A stretch of 64,000 bases of DNA. Source: Monocercomonoides exilis PA203. Lineage: Eukaryota; Protista; Preaxostyla. Shown piece by piece: positions 13,463 through 27,734 of this stretch. The DNA lies in assembly GCA_001643675.2 (NCBI GenBank), contig LSRY02000054.1, positions 124,001 through 188,000 on the forward strand. The letters run 5' to 3'. The position numbers and the translations under genes are program-made. Position 1 is the first letter of the stretch; every line of letters starts with the position of its first letter. Below the pieces are notes generated by a model. It did no database searches and was not told the DNA's origin. It saw nothing but the letters and a program-made list of their open reading frames with translations.

Positions 13463-16400
13463 TCACTCACTGCTTTCTCTTGTTTGCGTTTCGCTTTCAG
13501 ATCCAGAATGCAGCTTCACAATAACCCCGCTTCGCTCAACGTATTCTGACTCACAAACATCCGAACCATCGCAGTATGCAATTGCATCTGACACCGTCGC
13601 CATCGTGTACCCAGACGGCAACCGCCCAACCAGATACCGCTTCACCTGCACAAGCGATGCTCTCCTTTCTGGATCTCCATCCAACCCATTTTTCACCGCC
13701 TCACACATCTCTGATTCCCATATGCTCTCCAGCCCTGGTCTCTCCCCATTCACAATCTTCTGCCCTGCCACATCTGCCTCATATTCTCCAAATGGGATTT
13801 GAAGAGTCAGACACTCCCACAGCATCATCCCGATCGAAAACACCACTGTCTTCTTCGTTGCTCCAATCTTCTTGTTGATCAACAGTTCTGGTGCCTTCCA
13901 TCTCAGACACTCTTTTTTGAAACTATCTTCTTCCTCAAAGGCTGATGAAGGCAGAGAGTCATCATCATCATCATCACTGGCAGATGTGACAACAGTTGAT
14001 GATGAAATGGATGAGGAATCTGAGTCATCATCTGACAATAAGTCAGAGTGCATCACAATACAGATGACCATGTGCTCTGAGAATAGAACAATGTGAGGAC
14101 TCAAATTGGATAATGATTGAAGAGGATTCTCCATTTCATCAAACGAGTGAATGGCTCCGTTCGCCACCCAGAACAGGATCTGAGCAGCTGTTTGTTCTCT
14201 TTCCTTCAATGTGCCAATTGCCATCTCTTTTGTCTTATTCCTTCCGTGGAGCAGCATGAACAATGAATCCCTCAGATCCACTATCAGCTTCTCATGTGGA
14301 GATGAACAGGCCATCGCATCCACCAGATTCGACATTGATGATGTGGTTGGGCACAGATCCTCTCCACGAACAAATGTTGAATCTGAATCAGTTGTTGAAA
14401 TGGATGAGATGGATGAGATAGATGGCCATAGTGTTCTCTTCCTTATCCCTTCTTCCTTCTCATCAACCTTCTCTAGCATCCATTCTGGGATCTTGTCTGA
14501 GTCTCTCCCCAAAATATATTCCGTTGAGCCACATTCACTCAACAAATGCTCTGACGACTCGGAATGTCCCAAGCTTTTCGCATGCACTCTCTTCTTTATC
14601 CTCTCTTCATTCTTCTTCTCTGCTTCCCTCTCTGCTCTCCTCCATTGCTCCTCAGGTGACATCTCCATCGTCACCATCTCAAATGCCTTCGGATCTTTTC
14701 TCACAGTATCATTCACAATCTCTCTCAGATCCTTCTCTTCATTCTTTGCCTTTCTCCATCGAACAATGAATATCACCGAAATTATCAGAACAATCAAAAA
14801 CAAAACAACAAGAACAATCACAATCAACAACCAGTAAGATTTTCCTTCTTTTCCTCCTTCAACAATCCTTTCATTTCCTTTGACCTTTGATTCTGTTTTG
14901 TTCTTCAGAATCTGTGGGCTTGTTGCAGCCAATTGCTTTCCAAACAATATCATCACCGACACCTCTGTTTCATCTGCAATCGTTGAAATATTTTCTGATG
15001 GGATTTTCCCAATCACTTCTGTTTCTGATATGAAACTGTCTTCCTCAAATGGATATGTCTCAACCAATTCCACATCTCCTGTTTTGAATATCAATCTGAA
15101 TGACAAGTCACATGGCACAAAAAGAGATCCCTTGAATTTGATAAAAATATTGCTTCCATTTTCAATGAGAGAAGCATCTTCCAGTCTTGGAATGAAGAAA
15201 GGAGATGACCTTTTCTCCTGCTATCCCTCTCAAATCACATCCATCATTCAAAATCCAAAGTGAAGAATTCTTCTCTTGTCCATCTCCACCTTTCAAGCTG
15301 GAAATGGTCAGTAATGCAGAACCTGAACAAATGATGTTTTGACGAAGAGAGGGATATTTTTCAATGAATGGATTGTTGTTTGCAAACATTCCCATCTCAA
15401 TAACTGTCTTTCCTCCTCTAATCGAAATTCCTCCCTTTGAAGAATCCTCAATCTTAATTTCTTTTGAGTCAAGATTGGAGTTTTCCATGTGGACAAGCGA
15501 TCCATTCCATTCACATATTTCTCTGAAATCATTATTTCTCTCGCTTTCACTTTCTTTGACAAGGGCTCCTGTTAATCGACATAAATCCATTGCTACGTCA
15601 GTCATGTTGTCAAATTCCATGATGCTCCCTTTATCAGAGTGAGAAACGCAGTTGGAACACGAACAATTGGAAAGAACTGTATGAGCAGATGATGAAGAAG
15701 CGGAGAAAACAGAAGCTCCTTCTGAATTCCTTGAACAGTCGTTGAATGATGAATCAACAAGAGTAATTGCTCCTGAAGCTGAACAGTTTATCGAAATGAT
15801 ACAGCAATCAGACAGCTTCACTCCATATGCATAAATTCCATTCAGCACAACACTTCCACATTTTCTAATCTCAAATACATCTGTTGTTGATTCAATTTGT
15901 TTCAATTTAACATTCGTAATATTTATCTCATCTCCATATAACAGAAACGAAGACTTCTTGAATGAAAGCTTTGTTATCGAGCAGTTGTCAACATGAAGAA
16001 TTCCATTTTCGATGCTCAGCAATGTTGAATTGAGAACAACAGATTCAATGTTTTCTGATATCAAAATCGAAGAAAAATCAACAGACAAAAGAGAAAGCTG
16101 GCCATTTTCTTCGAAGATTATAGAACTTCCAGAATAAGAAAATGACTGACCAAAATTGAATTTCAATTTTTCAATCCGAACAGTCTCTGATGAAGTGATA
16201 ATACTCCCTTTGTTGGTTATTGTTGAGTTCAGATGCACCAAAGCAGCTGAGGGAGATTGCAATGAACGGATGATCACATTCAAAGCACTGCTTTCTCCAT
16301 TGATTATTGTCTCTTCTGATATCAACAGCTGTGAGTACAGAGATGGAATAACGTGCTGGATTCCAACATTCAGCGATTGACAAGGAACACTGAACTCTCC

Positions 16401-19400
16401 ACATTGCTTGCTGTCTCCGTGATTATCTGAAACAGAAGAAACAAATATCGTCTCGCTCTGGTATTTCACAACTCTCAGCAAAAGATCTTCTTCCTCCACA
16501 AACGAGTCTGTTGTGCAGCCCCATAAAGCCAGTTCTTTCACAAACGGCGATCTGAAATCCAACAAGAATTGCTCTTCAACAATTTGTGTTTCGATTGAGT
16601 GGCATCGAACATACACATCTCTCCCTCTATATGCAGCGTTGTTTTTGAATGTGATGTTGGATAACATAAAATTCAGAGGCTGCTCAACCACCGTGGTGCA
16701 TTCTAAAAACAGCCACCCACCTCTTCCTGTGGTGGAGCAAAAGCACTCAGAAATCGTACAAAATGAGCAATCGAAGCTCCCTCCCTCATTCAAAACATAA
16801 AACATCCCTCCTCCATTTCCGCACCTTGTTCCCCCACACTTCTTCATCGTTGTGTTTCTTATCACTATTTTCAATGGCTCATCATTCACATTTCGAATGA
16901 CGGGAATATCATCGGTTGCGTTCTGGGTGACTTTTTCGAATAAACTCCACTCAATAAGAACATCTTGTTCCTCTTCATTTGTCTCTCTTCTTGAACTCTT
17001 TGAAATGCTCAATCCGCTTGCTCCCTCCAGCTCAACATTCTTCATTGTCAGGTTTTTCACATTCAATATCGTTGTTGACAACACAGAAATTACATCTTTT
17101 GAAAAGCTGAGTGATTGCATTGTACCAAACTCCAACACAACTGTCCCTCCATCTGCTTTGATCAGACCAAAATTCATTATTTCTTCTCCACTTTCTTCAT
17201 TTTTTGTGAACGAGCAGTCTTTCAGAGTCAATATTCCTTCACTTGAGTCAACAAGCATCAAATAATTGACTCCATTTGTGAATGAAGATGGCATCACAAA
17301 GCTAATCAGTTCGAAATTGGCAATTCCAGAAATCTTCATTGCTGCTCCTTCTGCTCCTTCAAGTGATGAGAGACATTCCAAAGAGCACATTTCTTCATTA
17401 TTTGAGCTTATTGAAATTCCACTGAAATCAGCACCCTTCTGGAGAATTCCTTTTCCAATGATGTTAATTTTCCTTTCATTTCCAACAAGTATTCTCTCCA
17501 ATGAATAATCAATTGATTGACAAGGATAATCTGAGAATCCACAGGCACCAATATCTTTCCCTTCACCGCCAACAAATATCTCTGAGCCAAGTGAGATCCA
17601 GAAATATGCCAATGAAATGGCATTCGTTGTGTCACTTCCATCAAAGCCCCTCATTGAATCCAATGAAATATCATCCAGATGCCCAGACACAAATGGAAGT
17701 GAGTCATTTGTGATGCTCTTCGTCAAGTTGAATGATACAACAAACAGGTCATTTCCATATTTTGCAGAATTTGGCTTGTCTGCCTCAAAAATGGGGGATG
17801 AGATCATAAATGAAGAACCATCATCAATCAGCTTCAGTGCCATTCCTCCTCCAAACCCAATCTTTTCTTCTTCAGCTGGTGCTGTGCATCCTGTGAACGT
17901 GCATGAAATAACATTCATTTGAGTGCTCCCCTTCAATTGGGCATTGATAGCCCCTCCTCTGCTTCCATCAGCCTGCACAGAGCATTCCTCAAAATCACAT
18001 TCTTCAATATTTATTTGTGTGTTCGTATTTTCATCAACGATGTTGTCAATGTTGATGCAGCCTCCACTTCCAGCTGCTCTTTCGATTTTTGTGTAATTGC
18101 TTTTCGTCATGTTCAACCATTTGGTGCTCATTGACTCGGTATTTGTTCCACTTCCACATAAAGAGATTAACGGATTTCCACTCAAAGTGATTGACGAAGC
18201 TGAAAACGAATCAATGGCCAAGGTGCCAGACTCAACTGATAAGAACAGAAATGTCAATTTTGATGAATGCATTTGAAGAGAAATAGAACAATGGGACAGA
18301 GTCAACGAAGAAGACAAAGAAGAAATTAAAGTGGAGTGTGACGAAAGAGAAGATGGAAGAGAGAAGATGAGCTTTGACAAGTCCGTTTCAACATTTGTGG
18401 TTAGCATCGCAGCATCAGATTCAATTTCAATATCGGAGACTATCCAGCCACTTTGATCATCGTTTCCTTTGATTTCATGCTTCTGTTCACCAAATGCCAA
18501 TTCATCGCTCATCTGAATCATTCCATTCACAACAACTTTCTTTTCTTCTGTTTGTCGTGTGAGTGAGTGCTTTATTGTCAAACAAGGGAATTGAGCAATT
18601 CCACAATGTGAGTGATCGGATGCCTCAGAATTGCTCGCATATATTTCTTCTGGGGTGGGAAGGAGATAGATGCACAGAGGAATGGCCACACTGATGTTTC
18701 CATTGTCATATCCTCTCACCTTCTCAACAGGATCCAAAGAGGCTGTCACACATGTGATTTTTTCTGATTTTGCTGTTTCTTCCAAATCTGGTGAAATGAC
18801 GAAGATATCATTCCCCCATTTGGCTGCGTTTGTTCCGAATGAGGAAGAAATCAGGAAATCTGGATTTTCATTCAACAATCGAAGAAGAATTCCTCCCCCA
18901 AGACCATTGGACGTTGAGCAAAAGCAGCCATCAAAAGATCCGCCTTTCACTTTCACTTCGTTTTCATTCCCTGCACACAGCATCATTGATCCTCCATTTT
19001 CTGATGTTGTGCTTCCACATCCAAAAAATGAACAAGAATTCAGATCGATGTTTGGCTTGTCATTGGAAAATGACATCACAGCTGCTCCGTTAGTTGTTCT
19101 TTTGATTCCACTGAAGGCACACTCAGAAAGTGTCAACGATATTTCATTTGTTGAAGAAAGCGAAAACAATGAATTTGTGGAGATAGTCTTTGCCCAGTTC
19201 ACATGTTCCATTTGCAACATCCCATTCTGAACGTTTATCAGTTCTGTCGAAAAAGCTGTTTCTGAAGTTTGCCCACTTCCAGCAGATATATTTAATCTGC
19301 TGATCCTCATTCCTCCAACTCCACTTATCTCAAACAGCCTTGACCCACGGTTATTCGGATGAACCGAGTCATGCACAAGAACAAAGTCCCTGACAGATAA

Positions 19401-21257
19401 CGTTCCTGTGGAGACTGAAAAAAGAGACAAACGAGATGCTTCAAATTCAATATGGACCATTGAACTCAAATCGCTTTGGCCAAATATTGTGAAAGAATTG
19501 ATATTGCAGTCCACACTTTTTGTCTCTGAAATCGTGCCTGTGAGTATCTCGATATCGCTCACACAATCAGGAATTAGTTGAGTGTAACAGTGGCTGATGG
19601 TGCAGCAAGGATGGCTTTCATGCAGTCCGCATGCATATGCATCAATGGCACTGGGTTCTGTTTGAACCGAGGAGACAAATCTGACTTTTCCAAAATCATT
19701 TCGAAGACATTCACTTTTATCAATTATTAATCTATATTCTGTGCTCACTCTGTTATCTGTTTGCCTTGTTGAAAAGCAAGTGGAATCAATGTTGTTTTCT
19801 TTTGATCCCTGAAGAACAATATCATGTCCTCCTTTCACACATGAATTGTTGTGGAAAAAGCAGAAATAAAACAAAATTCCGTAATTGTTTGTATTTATGT
19901 GTTGGTAAACAGCACCTCCTCCGCACATTGAATAGCAATTGCAGAATAGACAGTTTGAAATTACAACTATTTCCGCAGGATTCCAATGTTCAATCGCACC
20001 TCCTGCACCATTTGAAGAGCTATTGCATCGACAGTAATCAAAATGCGAATTAATGATGCATTCTTTCTGTTTTTCTGTTTTCGACCAACTGAGTCCAACT
20101 GCACCTCCGTCGTTTCCGGATGAGCAATTTTGAAAAGAGCAATCATCAACAATTAGCTGAATATTTATATTTTCAATCGTTATTGCACCACCCCCATTAT
20201 CCGTGGTTGCTGCTGCAGAACATTGGACGAATGTGGTATGGAGCACAATACATTCAGCGATATTCAAAGCATATATTCCTCCGCCAAACGTGGACAAAGC
20301 GTTGCATCTCAAAAAGGAAGAGTTCTCAACAGAAAGGATTGCATTTGTATTGTCATGAACATAAAGTGCACCTCCTTGTGGTGCTGTGCAATCAGTCCAT
20401 TCACACAATGAAAAGGATTGGCTATCTGTCAAATTCATTTGCCCTTTTTTCTCAAGTGCATTTGTTTCTCTTTTCCCGAAATTTATCGATGTGTTTTCAC
20501 ATGCAAATTTCTCTGAAGAAAGCGATCCACTTGAAACACCTCCTTCAAATACATTCACGCACGAATAAATGACGCAGTTCTCCATTGAACTCAACAAGCA
20601 TGAATGGTCCATCTGATAATCACTGTTCTTGTCAGATTTCACAGACATGTTCCTGAAGACACAGTTAGAAATCTGTTCACTTTGGCTCTTTCCGGATAAT
20701 AGGAAATAATCTGAAGAGGAAACAGTCAGATCTGTAACGATGGAATTTCTCAAAATGGCAGAATTTAAATCATCAGATGAAAAACAAGACTGGAAGGGTT
20801 GATATTCATTTGGGGGGTCAAACTCAAATTCACCATGTTGACAGTTCCACTTTGCAAATGAAAAGGAGATGTCGATTCTTGGTGGGAAATGCACAAATCC
20901 AACGTTATTTTTGATTTACCTGCGATAAGCATCAAAGGTGAAGAAGAATGTTCAAGTGCCACATTTTTCAGTCCAACTGTAGAATTGAAGAATTCTAAAA
21001 ATGTGTTTTTGACTGAAGATATTCTTGGTTGCAATGTTTTCTCTCCTGAAAATGAACTCTGCTGGAACAAATGATTGTTATCGACTTTCGATTGAAATTG
21101 TGCATTATTTGAGTTTCCTTCACCAAAATAAACACAATTCATGAATTAAACAAAAATTCGAAAGAATACCTTTGTTCTCCAATGTGACTGTTCCAGAGAT
21201 ATCTTGTGCTTCAAATGCCTTTCCAAGAGTCAAACATGCAAAAAGGAGCAAATGCAT
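13463..21257 (-). CDS. Large single-pass receptor-like protein (Cys-rich beta-helix/pectin-lyase-like ectodomain, TM, degenerate kinase-like C-terminus); left copy
   Basis: ATG at 21257, signal peptide MHLLLFACLTLGKA, 52-nt GT-AG intron 21118-21169. ORFs 20765-21142, 15162-20894 and 13463-15118 are joined by single-base homopolymer frameshifts at ~20783 and ~15213 that are absent in the right copy. Confidence 0.85.
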
Positions 21258-24200
21258 TCTCGAATGGAACGACAATCAATTTTGATTTGAAAATTTTTAT
21301 TTTTCCGGATGATCAAATAGAAATAAATTATAGTTATTGACACAATTGGAAATAAAAAGGATTTCTTTCAACAATCGTTTTGTGGACTTTTGAAAGACAT
21401 CTGAGGAACTTTCAATGCAACGCCATTCCTTAGGTTACGATCAGCCATGAATCGGTGTCTGCTGATGCAGGTGACAATTTTCACATCAAAAAACAAAAAT
21501 TAAAAGGATGAAGTTTTAAAAAAATGAACAATAATAAAAAAGAAAAGCAAAATCTGGGGATATGAAATATGCTCAAATTAATATGCACAAATAAAATAAG
21601 AACCAATCTTGCATCACTTGTGAATCAACAAAAAAATATTATTATTTCTGAAAATATTTGGTTTTTCAGAAAACGTTGAATTCTTCATGTTTGCAGCATT
21701 GATTGTATTGAACATAAAAAAAGAAACTCATCAAACAGAAATATCTGTCCAATAAAGGAACAAAAAGTTGAAACTTCTATTTCAAAACACACACCCTCAA
21801 AATTACTCTTTGAAAAGGTGTTGTTTCAAATTATCAAAAGTCTCCTCTCCCAACGCAATTATATGGAGATTCCTTCTTCACCAGTTGTTCCAATATTCGC
21901 TGAAAATATAAGGTGACAATCTTTCTTCATCATTCTGCTTTTGTTGTTGCAAGTGTTCATCCACCTTCTCTTTCTTCTTCCTCTTCTCTCTTTTTCTCAT
22001 CTTCTCTTCATTTGACCTTTCTCCCTGACAGATTTTTATTCTTTCCATCAATCCTATTCCACAGTTTCTCTTCCTTTTCTTCTTTCTTTCTCTCTTCCCT
22101 TCTCTTTTTTCCTCTCATTCTTCCCAAGCATCATAAAAAAATTCATCTTTTCCCTCCAACTGTAATCTTTTTTCTGCCCAAACCTCAAACTCCAAATCTC
22201 CTCTTCTTCAAAGAAGTCTTGTGGGGAGTGATTCATCATCATCATCCCCTCCCTCAAACTTTCTCTTCATTTTCTCTCTTCTCCATTTTTCTCTTCACAC
22301 TCCCTCCTGTTTCACCTTGTTATACCACTTCTCCAGCTTCTTCACCCAAAACATCCAAATACATTCTTCTCCTTTATTCATCCTCCCCTTTCTAACTCCT
22401 TCTGAATTCTTCTTTTTCATCCATTTTGGCAAACATCCGATATTTGACATTCAAAAATACCCATCTGTTTATTTTCTGCGAGGTGAAACTTTTTAGAGAA
22501 CGTTTGTACTGATTGAAAGGAAATGTTTCGTGAAACATTCTCTGCATATATTCTTGAAAAAAAAAATAAAAAATAAAAATAAAAGCTTTTTATATTTTGT
22601 TATTACAATTCAAAAAATACATTTTCCAAAAAAAATCAAAAAAAATAAAATAAAACAAATCAAAAAGTTTTCTATTTCTTTCATTCTGAAAATTTTTCAT
22701 CATTCAAAAAAATCATTTATTTTTGCAAACAAACACTTGCTCATTTTGTCCTTCTTCGTTTGCTAAGCACTCCCATTGCGAAATATCGACAATCCCATTT
22801 GACTCTTCTCTCTTCTCAATCTCTTGTTCCTCGCTTTCCGTTCTGCATTAGCCCTGCTTCAATCTCTTTCCTTCTTCCTCCAATTAACTCCATCCTTTCA
22901 TTCTCTTCTCCGTCTTCTTCTTTTTCCTGTCTATCATTGCTCGCTTTCAATTCCTCCAATAATGTTGTCATTTCTCCTCATGCAAAGCCTTCCAATGCAC
23001 AATCGTTCAACATCACAGCCTTTTCTGATCAATTGCATGCCTTTGAATAAAAATCTGGTATGTCTCCAAAATGCCTCTTGTTGAAATACCTAAAAAGGAA
23101 AAGAAATGTGAAAGCGAATGGCACAGAACAAATGTATAAAAAATTCAAACCTCACAACAAATGCAGAGTGGTTGATGTCCAACGACTGTTCCAAACTTCA
23201 TTTTTCAAGTAAAAGCAGCCAATGTATTTTCAGCAAATTCAAAAAGATTACAATGAAAATGGCAGCATGTTCAACAAAGAATGAAGGCTTTGATTGAATT
23301 GAATGTTATTTTTGTGAAACTGTCGAAATCAGCGTTATTCTTTTGGTTTCGCCTAGCAAGGCAAATAAATGCATAAACTATCAAGGGCATGTTGCACAAA
23401 AAATTGTGGAGCCTTCAAGTGCACCCTTGTCAGCTATCTGATAAATTCTGTGTTTTGTGGATGAAATTGATATCTCCTCCATTGTTTGCAACAATTTGGT
23501 TCTGGCAAATAAAAGAGGGACTGTCATTGAACTAGGTGTTGGATGCTTTGTCATTCTTCCGAATACCGTTTGTTCGCGTCGTTGAGCTGCGTTTGTTGAA
23601 TTATGATTTGATGATTTTCCTTCCTTTGAAAAAAAGCCCTCACTTCCAATCTTTTTGCTTCTGCATCTCCATCACAAATAGAGAGTTAAATAATTTATGA
23701 CCTTTTTTTTCAATGCTTCTCTTAAAAAAAGGTTTAATGAAGAATTTACAGTTGTCAAATCATCTATTATGGTTGAATGAAAGAAAAAATGAGATTTGAC
23801 AAATGATTAATTCAATTTCACAAACTTGGTATAAAGCATATATGAGTGACTATTTATCTTCCATCATTTGACTCATTATGTCCTTCTTTTCTTTTTAAGG
23901 GATTATTCTAATTTCAAACGTTCCATGATTATTTTCAAAAATTCCAAATTTGAGATTCGACTTTTTCTGTGAAACGATGATTTCTCATTTTATGCTTGTT
24001 ATGAAATACTGATTTATCCCAAGAGATTTTTTTTTGATGTTTGTAACTATTTTTGATTTTTGAGAGAAGAAATTGCAAGGGAGTGAAATAATTCTGTCAT
24101 CATCATAAAAAAAAAAATTAAATATAAAGAGAACAAAAATCAAATGATGAGAATGAAGCTGTTTTATTTAAAATTTGATAATCTTGAAATTTCGTTTCAA

Positions 24201-24279
24201 CCATTTTCACTAATTGAAGATTTTTGTTCATAATAATAATTGTTTGACAAAAATGCAAAATACAAAAAATTAACTTTTG

Positions 24280-24690
24280 GAAATACAGATATCGCATAAA
24301 ATACCGGACATCGCACAAAATACCGGACAAGATCGTTTTCTCAATAACCACTCAAAGAGAAAATCTGATAATATTCCTCCAAATATATCTAAACAAAGCT
24401 AACTCATTTGCCATACCGGGCATTCATTTCCATGCAGACTGAATATTTAAAAAATAATTTTTGAAATCTCGGAGAAATAGGATTCTGAGTTTCTCCGAGA
24501 TTTCAAAAATTATTTTTTAAATATTCAGTCTGCATGGAAATGAATGCCCGGTATGGCAAATGAGTTAGCTTTGTTTAGATATATTTGGAGGAATATTATC
24601 AGATTTTCTCTTTGAGTGGTTATTGAGAAAACGATCTTGTCCGGTATTTTGTGCGATGTCCGGTATTTTATGCGATATCTGTATTTCCAA
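24280..24690. repeat. Short palindromic repeat element forming the axis of the giant palindrome
   Basis: gacatcgcacaaaata...aagatcg...caataaccac and cggagaaataggat are shared with the stand-alone palindrome at 2786-3150. Confidence 0.8.
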
Positions 24691-25349
24691 AAGTTAATTT
24701 TTTGTATTTTGCATTTTTGTCAAACAATTATTATTATGAACAAAAATCTTCAATTAGTGAAAATGGTTGAAACGAAATTTCAAGATTATCAAATTTTAAA
24801 TAAAACAGCTTCATTCTCATCATTTGATTTTTGTTCTCTTTTTTATATTTAATTTTTTTTTTTTTATGATGATGACAGAATTATTTCACTCCTTTGCAAT
24901 TTCTTCTCTCAAAAAATCAAAAATAGTTACAAACATCAAAAATTCAAAAAAAAAAAATCTTCTTGGGATAAATCAGTATTTCATAACAAGCATAAAATGA
25001 GAAATCATCGTTTCACAGAAAAAAGTCGAATCTCAAATTTGGAATTTTTGAAAATAATCATGGAACGTTTGAAATTAGAATAATCCCTTAAAAAAGAAAA
25101 AGAAGGACATAATGAGTCAAATGATGGAAGATAAATAGTCACTCATATATGCTTTATACCAAGTTTGTGAAATTGAATTAATCATTTGTCAAATCTCATT
25201 TTTTCTTTCATTCAACCATAATAGATGATTTGACAACTGTAAATTCTTCATTAAACCTTTTTTTAAGAGAAGCATTGAAAAAAAAGGTCATAAATTATTT
25301 AACTCTCTATTTGTGATGGAGATGCAGAAGCAAAAAGATTGGAAGTGAG

Positions 25350-27110
25350 GGCTTTTTTTCAAAGGAAGGAAAATCATCAAATCATAATTCAACAAACGCA
25401 GCTCAACGACGCGAACAAACGGTATTCGGAAGAATGACAAAGCATCCAACACCTAGTTCAATGACAGTCCCTCTTTTATTTGCCAGAACCAAATTGTTGC
25501 AAACAATGGAGGAGATATCAATTTCATCCACAAAACACAGAATTTATCAGATAGCTGACAAGGGTGCACTTGAAGGCTCCACAATTTTTTGTGCAACATG
25601 CCCTTGATAGTTTATGCATTTATTTGCCTTGCTAGGCGAAACCAAAAGAATAACGCTGATTTCGACAGTTTCACAAAAATAACATTCAATTCAATCAAAG
25701 CCTTCATTCTTTGTTGAACATGCTGCCATTTTCATTGTAATCTTTTTGAATTTGCTGAAAATACATTGGCTGCTTTTACTTGAAAAATGAAGTTTGGAAC
25801 AGTCGTTGGACATCAACCACTCTGCATTTGTTGTGAGGTTTGAATTTTTTATACATTTGTTCTGTGCCATTCGCTTTCACATTTCTTTTCCTTTTTAGGT
25901 ATTTCAACAAGAGGCATTTTGGAGACATACCAGATTTTTATTCAAAGGCATGCAATTGATCAGAAAAGGCTGTGATGTTGAACGATTGTGCATTGGAAGG
26001 CTTTGCATGAGGAGAAATGACAACATTATTGGAGGAATTGAAAGCGAGCAATGATAGACAGGAAAAAGAAGAAGACGGAGAAGAGAATGAAAGGATGGAG
26101 TTAATTGGAGGAAGAAGGAAAGAGATTGAAGCAGGGCTAATGCAGAACGGAAAGCGAGGAACAAGAGATTGAGAAGAGAGAAGAGTCAAATGGGATTGTC
26201 GATATTTCGCAATGGGAGTGCTTAGCAAACGAAGAAGGACAAAATGAGCAAGTGTTTGTTTGCAAAAATAAATGATTTTTTTGAATGATGAAAAATTTTC
26301 AGAATGAAAGAAATAGAAAACTTTTTGATTTGTTTTATTTTATTTTTTTTGATTTTTTTTGGAAAATGTATTTTTTGAATTGTAATAACAAAATATAAAA
26401 AGCTTTTATTTTTATTTTTTATTTTTTTTTTCAAGAATATATGCAGAGAATGTTTCACGAAACATTTCCTTTCAATCAGTACAAACGTTCTCTAAAAAGT
26501 TTCACCCTCGCAGAAAATAAACAGATGGGTATTTTTGAATGTCAAATATCGGATGTTTGCCAAAATGGATGAAAAAGAAGAATTCAGAAGGAGTTAGAAA
26601 GGGGAGGATGAATAAAGGAGAAGAATGTATTTGGATGTTTTGGGTGAAGAAGCTGGAGAAGTGGTATAACAAGGTGAAACAGGAGGGAGTGTGAAGAGAA
26701 AAATGGAGAAGAGAGAAAATGAAGAGAAAGTTTGAGGGAGGGGATGATGATGATGAATCACTCCCCACAAGACTTCTTTGAAGAAGAGGAGATTTGGAGT
26801 TTGAGGTTTGGGCAGAAAAAAGATTACAGTTGGAGGGAAAAGATGAATTTTTTATGATGCTTGGGAAGAATGAGAGGAAAAAGAGAAGGGAAGAGAGAAA
26901 GAAAGAAGAAAAGGAAGAGAAACTGTGGAATAGGATTGATGGAAAGAATAAAAATCTGTCAGGGAGAAAGGTCAAATGAAGAGAAGATGAGAAAAAGAGA
27001 GAAGAGGAAGAAGAAAGAGAAGGTGGATGAACACTTGCAACAACAAAAGCAGAATGATGAAGAAAGATTGTCACCTTATATTTTCAGCGAATATTGGAAC
27101 AACTGGTGAA
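25350..27110 (+). pseudogene. Possible decayed multi-exon gene remnant (mirrored at ~21.9-23.6 kb on the minus strand); product unknown
   Basis: Purine-rich, Glu/Lys/Arg-coding-like stretches and an intron-like gtttga...ccttttt-ag at ~25838-25898. All frames carry stops in both arms. Confidence 0.3.
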
Positions 27111-27734
27111 GAAGGAATCTCCATATAATTGCGTTGGGAGAGGAGACTTTTGATAATTTGAAACAACACCTTTTCAAAGAGTAATTTTGAGGGTGTGTGT
27201 TTTGAAATAGAAGTTTCAACTTTTTGTTCCTTTATTGGACAGATATTTCTGTTTGATGAGTTTCTTTTTTTATGTTCAATACAATCAATGCTGCAAACAT
27301 GAAGAATTCAACGTTTTCTGAAAAACCAAATATTTTCAGAAATAATAATATTTTTTTGTTGATTCACAAGTGATGCAAGATTGGTTCTTATTTTATTTGT
27401 GCATATTAATTTGAGCATATTTCATATCCCCAGATTTTGCTTTTCTTTTTTATTATTGTTCATTTTTTTAAAACTTCATCCTTTTAATTTTTTGTTTTTT
27501 GATGTGAAAAATTGTCACCTGCATCAGCAGACACCGATTCATGGCTGATCGTAACCTAAGGAATGGCGTTGCATTGAAAGTTCCTCAGATGTCTTTCAAA
27601 AGTCCACAAAACGATTGTTGAAAGAAATCCTTTTTTATTTCCAATTGTGTCAATAACTATAATTTATTTCTATTTGATCATCCGGAAAAAAATAAAAATT
27701 TTCAAATCAAAATTGATTGTCGTTCCATTCGAGA

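Noticed and set aside
21913-22766. Phe/Ser/Leu-rich 'membrane protein' ORFs (also 26222-27074)
   Set aside because: They are translations of the pyrimidine-rich strand of low-complexity sequence, and the frames differ between the two arms.
25700-26050. Faint resemblance of the remnant to a metallo-carboxypeptidase C-terminal region
   Set aside because: Requires several frame changes, and no HExxH or other diagnostic motif was seen.
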